NCBI GenBank assembly: GCA_030295235.1
Contig: AP026128.1
Span: 1,240,001 to 1,304,000 of the forward strand
DNA length: 64,000 bases
Reading direction: 5' to 3'
Origin: Fistulifera solaris
Lineage: Eukaryota
Shown here: positions 36,662-46,581 of the stretch, piece by piece
How positions within the stretch are numbered: position 1 is the first letter of the stretch
How the letters are laid out: every line of letters starts with the position of its first letter
Program-made: the position numbers and the translations under genes
The notes under the pieces: generated by a model
Database searches by the model: none
What the model saw: only the letters and a program-made list of their open reading frames with translations
What the model was told of the DNA's origin: nothing

Positions 36662-37518
36662 ACATTTCCTGATACATTAGGCATTTATGTTGTACAATTA
36701 TGTTTCGTTACTTAAAGACTACCAAACTGAAAGCGCTGCAAGCTCGAGCACTTGCGTTGCGAATTCAAGTGCGTAGATGAACCCGACGCTAATAGTCGGT
36801 GTTCAAAGTGTTGCAATTCCGTTTGCTTTTGGAACCGATGTGTGAGGAGAGATGAACAATTCGTGACGCGGCGTATCCTTTCTCTCTATGTTTGCGGCTG
36901 GAGCGCGGTACACATGAACATGAAAAGATGATCGACCATGGTTAACAAAGCAAAAAAAATAATGAGGTGACCCGCTTTTGCTATGGTTCAAAGTTCAAAA
37001 GTTCAAAGATCAAAAGGTACAGTCCGTGATCTGTAAACTGTAAAGTGTAAAGTTTATAGTAGTTCGAGTTACGACTTCGTACTGACCTACTGACTTGCTG
37101 ACTTGTGGTTTGTGGTTACTTACAAGTACTGAGGAACAAAGAACAAGCTGTAACACAGAAACCTAAATTTGTCCAGTTCTGAAGAATTTTCACTGTGGAA
37201 AAGTCACAGTAAGTACGATATTGTTTTCGTATAGCCCCAAGGGCCCAAGAAGAACGCATGACTTGACGTCATATCTCACTACAACATTGTCTATAGTCCG
37301 ATACAAAGAGGTCACGAAAAATACGAAAGACGAAAGACCCGACATAATAAAACGTCAAGGACGCATGGCACGCAGAGGTCGAAAGACGACACCAAAATGA
37401 GAAAGTTGAAACACTTGTAGTTCTCGACAAAGGAGGATCTTGCCTTTCATTTCAAGTCTCAAGTAATTACTTTGAGCAAAAGCCGTTTGTCAACAACAAA
37501 AACAAGGCGAAACGCCAC

Positions 37519-40500
37519 ATGCCAAAAATACCGTTATCGTCTGCTCTTAGTCAAACCGAGAGCACTCAGAGGCCTAAGCTTGCAACGTCCGATCAGACAG
37601 CGAGCACCATGTATGTGAGCGACGGCTCCGAATCGAACGGTGACAATGACGTCTCGGCGTCAAGCGACGAGGACTCTGAGTGTTATCTACTCGAACATGA
37701 AAGAGATGATGAGAGAATGCGAGCATCCACAACAGCAGCTTACACCGTCGGTTTGCAGGCCGATAGTGTCAATGTTGCGCGACGTGACGATAAGACGCAC
37801 CGCTCATCGGGTGCTTCCTACGCCACAAGTTCATCCGAAGGCGACTCCAGTGACTTTTGTGATGATTCAGAATACGACGAGTTGCTGGATAATCTTCCGA
37901 TTTCACTGGCTCGGCGTAATACCAATCAACTCCACAGCGGCACTTTGTTCGGGATGAACCTTTTATCAGGCAACACAAACGTCGGGGCGGAAAACACAAA
38001 GAAAGACGCTGTTCACCTACAACCTAAAACAAAGGATGAGTTTACTACCAACTTGTCGGATCACTTGGAAAAGACAAACGAGCAAAAAGCGCATGATGCT
38101 GAAATTGGGTCGTCCATTATGATCTCGCAAGAGGACTTGGACGAGAGCGTTTCATCATCCTATAGTGACGCGAGCGATAGCGAGGACGACAGTGAAGACA
38201 GCATGTCGGAATACGACGCATTGATGGAAACTATACCTACCAATACAGCGGCAACTGCTATGTCGTCGTTGCAGCTGCAACGAACTACGCAAGCACCGAA
38301 GCAGTCGGCCATGCCAATGCCTCTTTCTGAAGGGTTGGATTTAACAATGCTGATGAATCTTCGCTCAGAACTCGAAAAGGTCGGCCATATGATTGTTGAG
38401 AAAAAGGAAGGAGAAAAGTTTTTGAGACGTGCGCATATATTGGCATCGATCAATATGCTTGCAGCATACATTCCCGCTTGTGTCGTGGACCATCTCAGTC
38501 AAGAGATCCGTGAAGCCATTGCAAAAGAAGCCAATCGAGTCGAGAGCTACAACATGTCCATCGGATCCTGTACGGATTCATCGCTTCTACCATCCGAGCA
38601 AATAGAGACTTCGCGTCGTTTTCGCACGGTGAGAGATATCGGCCCACTACGACAAGACAGCAAGAAGGACGAAGATGATGATGAGGATGATAATACCCAA
38701 GGTCGTAGCAGCGGACTGAAACTGAATCTTCGTTCTCATCTCGTTAACAAGTCTGGAAGCTCTGGTGGCTCGAGCTCTAGATCTTTGGACAGGTTCTTGG
38801 AGAAGGCAGGCGAGAGAAGAATGTCATTATCTTACCACGAAAGTCGACCTGTCGCTGTTGCTGATGAGAAAATAGACGTCTTGCCTGCTGCAGCACAGTT
38901 TGAGGGTGCCGTCATGTTTGTTGATGTCTCAGGCTTCACTAAGCTCGCAACCGTGCTCGATCCGGAAAGCTTGTCAAAGGTAATCAATTCGTACTTTCAG
39001 ATGATTGTGAACAAAGTCCATGAATATGACGGGGATGTTCAGAAATTTGCCGGCGATGCGCTATTCGCAGAATGGAGAGTAACTGAGAAACGAGGATTGC
39101 ATCAGTGTGTTGGGGAGTCAGCGGCTTGCGCTGCTAGTATGGTTAAAAGTTGTGCAAACTTTCCGGTCTTGGGGCTCATAAGTGCGGTTGAGGCGGTGAA
39201 TGCAGCAGTCACCAGCCTCAATATTCACGTCGGCTTAGGTGTTGGACGAATGACAGGAGTACATGTCGGCAATAATATCTATCGTCGCGAATACTTGTAC
39301 ATTGGGCAATCAATTTTTCAAGCGACAGAAGCATGCAATAAAGCGAGCTTGGGTCAGGCTATGGCTTCACAACCGTTTATCGATATTCTTCAATGCATAT
39401 CACCACAAGCCATGGCCATGGACGAACGTATTTGTCTAGTTGCAACTCCAGAGGGGTCATTGTACGATCTTTCGGAATATAGTAGAACGGTTCTTGTTCG
39501 GAATGCGAGGTCGCGAGGTATTACCGATAAAGTAGAAGGCCTTCAGGAGGAGGCTTTGATGGAGTACCGAAGATTAATGTCGCTTTACGTGCATCCTGTG
39601 GTAGTGGCCAACGACATCGCTGTTTCGGATGGGAGTATTGCTGCGAAAGCCACTGTCGATACAAAAGAGAGACACATGGAAGAGGCTGAAATGCGAAGTG
39701 TCTACGTTATGTTCATCAACTTGATAATTCCATCGCATCTGGCCTCCCTTTCCGGTGATCTGAACAATGACGCTGAGCTAATTCATTTGCTAAACGACAC
39801 AATGAATTTAGTTTCCAGCAAGCTAGAGCAATACAGCGGCCACTTGCGACAATTCATTGTAGATGACAAAGGATTTGTCATGATCGCTTCCTTTGGTCTC
39901 CGTGGATCAACGTTTCCGAATATGGTGTCGGAAAGAGCCCTACCTGCAACTTTTCTTGTCTACCAGTCTCTGAAGATGGAACTTGGTCTTGAAGTGCGCA
40001 TCGGCGCGACGTTTGGAGATGTGTATTGTGGTGCTATTGGAGGAGATAAACGTCATGAGTACGCAATGCTTGGGCCTTCGGTAAATTTAGCGGCTCGATT
40101 GTCGCATTCCACCGACAATTCAGGCATACTAGTCGATAACTCCGTGCGTCAGCTTGCTTCTCAGGCGTTTGGCTTCAACGCGCTGCCCTCCATCAACGCC
40201 AAGGGATACTCTGAACCAGTGCCCATATTTGAACCATATAGACGAACCGAGAGGAGATGGGGCGCACCTGAACCGCAATTTGTTGGTCACATCGCTTCCA
40301 TCGAAAGACTTTGCCATACGTGCAATGACATGGCTGCTTCTCTTCCAATAGCGTCCAAGATCGGTTTGGTTACGGGTGAAAGCGGTATGGGGAAATCGAC
40401 ATTTCTTGTTCATTGTATTGATCAAATCAGAAATAATATGGATTCATATGGTGCTGACGTAATCATTGCCCAGCACGTCGCCCTTGACAGCGAGATCTTG

Positions 40501-42879
40501 ATTCCTTTGTCAGGTTTTTGTCCCATCTTTCTCCGTATCCTTGCGACGTACTCTGACCAAAAAGACGAACAGATTATCGGTTCGGTCTCAGCAATTACAT
40601 CCTCTCGTGTCAAGAGTGCCATCAATAAAATCGGACTGGAACTGGGAGCGCCTTCGCATGTGATTACTGCTTCTACGAGGCTTTTACTGAACCCTGCTGG
40701 CGGCTTGGAGTACAACGGTCCGAGTAAGAAAGCACTCGCTTCATTCATGACTCATGCATTTTTGCGTTGCACAGAGAGCTACAAGCTAGTCGTAATAGCG
40801 ATTGATGACATCCATTTTGTTGATGAATTGTCGTGGAACATTTTGAAACGGATATTTGAACATAGTCGCAATACCATTTTACTCGGAAGCTCGCCTCAGG
40901 ATAAAAGTGCCTTAAAAATTTCACCGGCTTTCAGGGAAGCAATCGACAGTGTTTACACCGGCGAGGGAAGATTCATTGAGATTTCGTTATCACCACTTGA
41001 TGAAAATGATATCCGTATAATGATAATGAATAAGCTTGAGCTACAAGAGAGTGAGCTCACCCCGGAGCTGCTTACGGAAGTTGTTTCGCAGTCTGGTGGT
41101 ATCCCGTACTTTGCGAATAAAATCATCAGTAGCATCAAGGAGCGCAAAGCGAGTGGTCACAACTGTCTTCAAGAAGAAAAGTCCCTCTCAGAGATAATCA
41201 TTCATCGAATTGATACATTTGACTTGAATGTCCGCAGTATTCTAAATATTGGCGCTGTCCTTGGAGAGTCGTTTACACTTGGTGAAGTGGTAGCCGTGCA
41301 AATGGAAGCCAAGGACGCAAAAGAAGAAGATGTCCGTAAACAAGCTACCGAGTCATTGAAAACGGCGGTCAGGGAAGGCATTCTCTATCATGGAAAAGGC
41401 GGAACAAAGACCGCAGCCTACATTCCTGAAGTCGATCCGCAGGATGACAGCGCTACCTTTTCGTTCTTTCAAAGCGTTTGGCGCACCGTTCTCTTGGGGT
41501 TAATGCTGACATCCAGAAAGAAGGACGTTCATCGGAAAACAGCAAGTGCTCTAGAAGATCGCGTTTCCGAAGGAAGCTTCTCGAAAGATTGGCTGAAACT
41601 GTTTGAGCACTGGAAGGCATCCGGATCAACAGCAATGTCAACTAAAACAGCGCTTTCTATTGGAAAGATGCTTGTTGATTCTCCAATGCTGGAAGATAGC
41701 GTGCGCATCTATAAAGAAACGCTTGAGATGTTCGGATGGGAACATGACGGACGGGCTGGACTTTCACCAGAAATTCTCGAGCTGTTGCCAGAACCAGATA
41801 TTAGCCAGATTGTCCGACTATCGGTAGCCCTTGGCGAGGCTCTCGACCAGTCTTCGAAGCACAGGGAGAGCACTTCCACGTTCGAGAAAGCAGTCCAAAT
41901 AATGCAGGATGCGAAGTCGGCATCCAAGATAAAAGACCGCTCCATTATATTCCCTGCCTACGTGAGACTCACGGACGCAATCAACAAGGGCCATATCCAA
42001 CAAGACGTTTACTGTCGATACGAACAATCGCTCCTGACTGGTTTTATCAACGAAACCCGAGTCCATGGACGGTTAATTCATCATATTCAGGCCCTATACT
42101 TACAGATGATCCTTTATAGTCGGCAAGGTCGAAATGACAAAGCCATTGCCGTACAGAGTGTGATCAAGAACATTTACAAGCCTGTGATTCACACCAAAGG
42201 TCTCCGTACCTGCTATGGGATGGATTCTGGCGCTGTGAGTTTCTCTCTTTGTTCTTATCTTCAGATGGAGCAAGGAAATAGGCGAGAAGCCCTTCGTTTA
42301 TGTCGTCATGTTTTAAAGACTTTGATCCCAAAAATTGAAAGTGATCGTGAGCAATCGTTCGCCTTAGTGTACCCTCTTCTCTTTGTTTTGAAGGACTCCG
42401 GCTTTGGATCACAGGCAAAACAAGTGTTTGAAAAAGTTATACTCTTTCCTTTTCATGGATGGGAGGCTTCCGGGTTGTTTGGCATTATTGAGCCAATTTT
42501 TGAGCCTCTTCTAATGCTGCTGACCTTGTCGACAAAAGAGGACATCCGCCAAGAAACTATCCAAGAAATATTGGAATTTGTTGGCAAGCGCTCCAACATC
42601 TTAAACAGCGAACAGATGAACTTGCACCTTGGAAGATTGGGGCGTTGCGGAGACTCCATTTGTGCAGAATTGTGTCTCCAGCTAGCTTTGCGTTTGCCCA
42701 TAACCAGCGAGGCGAGAAAAAGCGCGCTCACATATGCTAGGCTGGTTGTGTCTACAGCTATTACTTTTAACCGGAAACACCGCCTCAAGTTCGCCCTGGC
42801 TAATGTCCAGGCCATTCGAGAGCAGATAAAAGCTGTGTCAGGGGGGAATGATCAAGAGCACGCAAGACTGGCGTTCTAG
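37519..42879 (+). CDS. Soluble adenylyl cyclase (ADCY10-like): tandem class III cyclase domains, P-loop STAND NTPase and TPR-like C-terminus
   Basis: C1 domain MFVDVSGFT and VQKFAGDA; C2 domain FIVDDKG and MLGPSVNLAARL; Walker A GESGMGKS; Walker B IAIDDIH; GGIPYF. Intronless 1786-aa ORF. Confidence 0.9.
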   Translation: MPKIPLSSALSQTESTQRPKLATSDQTASTMYVSDGSESNGDNDVSASSDEDSECYLLEHERDDERMRASTTAAYTVGLQADSVNVARRDDKTHRSSGASYATSSSEGDSSDFCDDSEYDELLDNLPISLARRNTNQLHSGTLFGMNLLSGNTNVGAENTKKDAVHLQPKTKDEFTTNLSDHLEKTNEQKAHDAEIGSSIMISQEDLDESVSSSYSDASDSEDDSEDSMSEYDALMETIPTNTAATAMSSLQLQRTTQAPKQSAMPMPLSEGLDLTMLMNLRSELEKVGHMIVEKKEGEKFLRRAHILASINMLAAYIPACVVDHLSQEIREAIAKEANRVESYNMSIGSCTDSSLLPSEQIETSRRFRTVRDIGPLRQDSKKDEDDDEDDNTQGRSSGLKLNLRSHLVNKSGSSGGSSSRSLDRFLEKAGERRMSLSYHESRPVAVADEKIDVLPAAAQFEGAVMFVDVSGFTKLATVLDPESLSKVINSYFQMIVNKVHEYDGDVQKFAGDALFAEWRVTEKRGLHQCVGESAACAASMVKSCANFPVLGLISAVEAVNAAVTSLNIHVGLGVGRMTGVHVGNNIYRREYLYIGQSIFQATEACNKASLGQAMASQPFIDILQCISPQAMAMDERICLVATPEGSLYDLSEYSRTVLVRNARSRGITDKVEGLQEEALMEYRRLMSLYVHPVVVANDIAVSDGSIAAKATVDTKERHMEEAEMRSVYVMFINLIIPSHLASLSGDLNNDAELIHLLNDTMNLVSSKLEQYSGHLRQFIVDDKGFVMIASFGLRGSTFPNMVSERALPATFLVYQSLKMELGLEVRIGATFGDVYCGAIGGDKRHEYAMLGPSVNLAARLSHSTDNSGILVDNSVRQLASQAFGFNALPSINAKGYSEPVPIFEPYRRTERRWGAPEPQFVGHIASIERLCHTCNDMAASLPIASKIGLVTGESGMGKSTFLVHCIDQIRNNMDSYGADVIIAQHVALDSEILIPLSGFCPIFLRILATYSDQKDEQIIGSVSAITSSRVKSAINKIGLELGAPSHVITASTRLLLNPAGGLEYNGPSKKALASFMTHAFLRCTESYKLVVIAIDDIHFVDELSWNILKRIFEHSRNTILLGSSPQDKSALKISPAFREAIDSVYTGEGRFIEISLSPLDENDIRIMIMNKLELQESELTPELLTEVVSQSGGIPYFANKIISSIKERKASGHNCLQEEKSLSEIIIHRIDTFDLNVRSILNIGAVLGESFTLGEVVAVQMEAKDAKEEDVRKQATESLKTAVREGILYHGKGGTKTAAYIPEVDPQDDSATFSFFQSVWRTVLLGLMLTSRKKDVHRKTASALEDRVSEGSFSKDWLKLFEHWKASGSTAMSTKTALSIGKMLVDSPMLEDSVRIYKETLEMFGWEHDGRAGLSPEILELLPEPDISQIVRLSVALGEALDQSSKHRESTSTFEKAVQIMQDAKSASKIKDRSIIFPAYVRLTDAINKGHIQQDVYCRYEQSLLTGFINETRVHGRLIHHIQALYLQMILYSRQGRNDKAIAVQSVIKNIYKPVIHTKGLRTCYGMDSGAVSFSLCSYLQMEQGNRREALRLCRHVLKTLIPKIESDREQSFALVYPLLFVLKDSGFGSQAKQVFEKVILFPFHGWEASGLFGIIEPIFEPLLMLLTLSTKEDIRQETIQEILEFVGKRSNILNSEQMNLHLGRLGRCGDSICAELCLQLALRLPITSEARKSALTYARLVVSTAITFNRKHRLKFALANVQAIREQIKAVSGGNDQEHARLAF

Positions 42880-43636
42880 ACTCGTTGCATCGTCAATGTA
42901 TAAGTCGAAACAGCGAGTTTGTGCGCTAATTGTTGACCGTCGCGCTGCTGCCGTTGCCCTTTTGACAAAATTAGACATTTCGGGGTTTAAGCGTAGAAGG
43001 CTTTCATTTGCATTGTCCTTTCACTTGCATTGTCATAAATATAGTTTTATAATACGAAGTCCTTCTGTTACTTCCCGCTGCATCTATGTCATTGGACTTA
43101 CAGATATTTCCGTCGAATAAAAATGCTGCTTAGCTAAATTGTTTGGAGCAAGGAGTATTTTTTTTATGTTTAGAAACAAATGTGGAAATGAAATCCCAGT
43201 CCCCTCAGCGCAAAGTAAAATAATATTGTTATATATTTATTTATCTAGACTAGACCTAGACTAGACTAGTCTATTCATTTGAAGCGCAGCGCCAAGAAAA
43301 GCGTCGTTAATTGCAACATAAAACACAAGCAATCAGACTTTCCGTCTGTTTTGATATAAGGACAACCCTATTTACTATAGTCCAAAGTGTTACTCACCTT
43401 TTCCATGACTGCACGCACTCAAGTCTTGAATATTTTCATCGTTGTCTTTTTGTCGTGTTGAAACACCACATTTCCAGATTTTCTGGAAATTGAAAATACC
43501 ACACGGTTTGCCGACCGTTCTCTTTTTTACTTTTGAAAAGAGACTTCGGACAGGATCATAACTACCAACAAGGGGAGACTTTTTATAACTTTGTCGAAGC
43601 AAGCATAACAATCGTTCTTCTAAAAAGCGGCGCACG

Positions 43637-45430
43637 ATGGCTCTGTTACTAGAGACAGCGCTAGGGGATATTGTGATCGATTTGGATTACAAAGGCTCTC
43701 CGGCGTTGACTCGCAATGTCCTGCAATTGGCCAAAGCCAACGCGTATAAAAGCAATCTTATTTACAAAGTTTTACCGCAGCGATTTTGTATGACGGGATG
43801 TCCCGTTGGAGATGGTAGCGGAGGAACAAGCATTCAAGGTTTGTTAAAAGGCACAAAGACTGCGGTGTCCACGGATACGAGTCGCCTCTTATCCCCCTCT
43901 GGAAATGCAAGAGAAGGGTCGCGTGGCAGTGCAAGGTCAGAGCATGGGCTCTCAATTTCTCATCACTATAGATCAAGGAAAAGATCATGCATTAGATGGA
44001 ATAGAGGGAGACTTCTATTCAATAGGAATCGTGACCGAAGACGACAATCATGTACTTGACAAGATCAACGCTGCTTATTTAGATCCGAACAATCGTCCCT
44101 TCGCCGATATACGCATATTAAGCGCGCTGGTTGTTTACGATCCGTTTGAAAATGAGCACTCCGCAGAACTGATTGAATATATCAAAAATGCCCATCTGCT
44201 TCTCCCGAACGTCCTCCACAAGAAACGGTAGAAAAAAGGATATCCGTAGATGAGATTGATATGGAGGACAATGAAGACGATAATAGTAGTGTGGATGAAC
44301 GAAAACAGAGAAGGCTTCAAGAAGAAGAACAACAACGCGAAGCGCAAAGTCGTGCTGTCGTTTTGGAAATGTTGGGCGATTTGCCATCTGCCGACATGAA
44401 AGCACCCGAAAATGTCCTGTTCATTTGTAAACTGAATCCGGTGACAACGGATGAAGATTTGGAATTGATCTTTAGTCGTTTTGATCAAGCAGTCAAAGTT
44501 GAGATTATACGTGACCATGATACCGGGGATTCGCTACAATATGCTTTTGCGGAGTTTACAACGCCAGAGCAAGCTCAGGAAGCGTACTTCAAAATGAATC
44601 ATGCGTTGGTGGATGACCGGCGGATTCTAGTCGATTTTAGTCAATCTGTCGCAAAACTGTGGGATAAGTACCACCAAAAGATGAAGTTCAGTCGCAGAGC
44701 AGATACGTATCAATCGCACAGCAGGCAGTCGAGGGGACCGGACGAACGGCAACAATCAAGCAGGCATAGGCGAGGAGAGTATCGACACGGTCAAGGCCGA
44801 GGTTTTTCACAAGAACACGAGAAGAATGCACGTAATTTACAACGGCGAAGGAATGATCACAACCACTCGTATGATCAGCGACATGATCGTCACTTCAGCA
44901 AAGGTGCAAGTGAAGTTCGCAACAGAGATCGCGACAACGACGATGATAGCTTCGGAAGAGCACGACATTTTCGTGAAAAGATTGGATACACAAGAGCCGA
45001 GACGATCAATATGAGAACAGCAAAGACTCTAGTCACAAACGATATAGAGGTGATGATTCAAGAAGACATGACAAAGAGCTTTTAAGTAGTGAAGAGGATA
45101 GTGGACATAGAGGTCGAGATTACGGCCGTCGTCACAAACACGATCGAAAAGAGAGTGAAAGGAGAAGTCGCAAAAGAAGTCGAAAAGACGAGGAACGGCG
45201 GCATCGAAGTGAAAGCGAAAAACGAAGGCACAAAAGCGGTCGACATGATGAGGAACGAAGACGTTCAGAGCGAGAAGACGATAGATCAAAAGGTAAAAAA
45301 AAGAGAAAGGGATGGTAGAAAAGACCGAGAAGATAGGGATCGAAGGCTTGATGGAGATTTCAGACGAGACTCCTATGGGGAGGAGGAAAGACATCGTTCT
45401 TGTGATCGAAATGAGATACATCACAAATAA
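43637..45430 (+). CDS. PPIL4: Cyclophilin-RRM protein (PPIL4/CYP59) with Arg/Asp/Ser-rich tail; several frameshifts; 3' end uncertain
   Basis: [83 protein letters not shown] spread over ORFs 43637, 43905 and 44261. Confidence 0.88.
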
Positions 45431-46581
45431 GAATATAATCGGGACGAGTGGAGTAATAGAGACAAAAATATTGAGAGGAGCGCTTCATAGCAGAGATCGA
45501 GAGAACCTGATATTGAATTGGGGTAAGCAGTCACGAATTCAATCAGCCGGCATTTGATTGTCAACATCATCTTCTGGTAACCCCAACAAAGAATAATGAA
45601 TACTGTTCGACGCCGTTGACGACAAGCTGGCTTTCTCTAGTGCAAAAAGCTTGGCGGACATCGATGCGATGGATGAAGTGTTGTTACACCCTTCTCTTCG
45701 ACTTCCGAGCTTGTCGATTTGCGGGCTTTGCAGTCAACGAACGGCTTTGGCTGCCTCAGCAGATTAGCTAGGGTGCGATTGCTAAATCACATGGTGGTTG
45801 ACAACTTCAAGCGCGAAAGTTCAAGTCCTGTAGCTGCTTGGTGATTAGAGATTCTTTGCTATCGCTAATTCGCTATCACTGGAACGATCGACGTCGTTGA
45901 ATGATGGTGGAGAACGGAGAACAGGAGCATGCTTATTCGTTAGAGACACCCGCATGTTACCGTCATGGAATTTGAATTATAACAAACAAAGGATGCAACT
46001 GGCTCGATACATGATCGAGTCCGTCTTACCTCGTAACAAAAGTGACATCCGATTCCGGCGCCTATTCAAGATTTGCAACGGATCAATCTCTTTTGGAAGA
46101 AACAGGCTGTCACTTGAACCCTTTCTTGCGATACTAACGACGTCTTCTATATCGAAAGTGTATTTGTCGTGAATCTGGGCACTTAGAACTTTCTTACTCC
46201 ATAGACTACTTTTGCACTTCGGTGCCGAAAAGAGATAAGTTAGCAGGTACTGTACGAGTATGAGGTAGCTCAAACCCACTGCGACTCGGTAGTGTAGTAT
46301 AGATTGTCAAGAAGATATTTTTGTATCCCTTCTTCACGTACACAGAAGATCTGGGTGAGTGGTATTTTGACGCTCCCAGAAAATCTGGGCGCAACATAAA
46401 AGGCTTCAAAGCGCTGCTACGCCGCTCGCATTCCCCATTTACTTGTACATCGAACAATAACTATTAGACAGCAAACCTTCGATCTGGGTTGCCCTTTCCA
46501 GCAATACTTGCCATCATAATAAGTTAAAAGCAAGACAAATACCCGCACGACAATATCAGGTAGCGAGGGTTCACAAGTATT

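Noticed and set aside
36985..37110. Short stutters (TTCAAAG, CTGTAAA, CTGACTT), plus (GAGCCAC)3 at ~55434 and an AG microsatellite at ~61619
   Set aside because: Ordinary slippage repeats of 2-4 copies or a simple microsatellite; no evidence of function.
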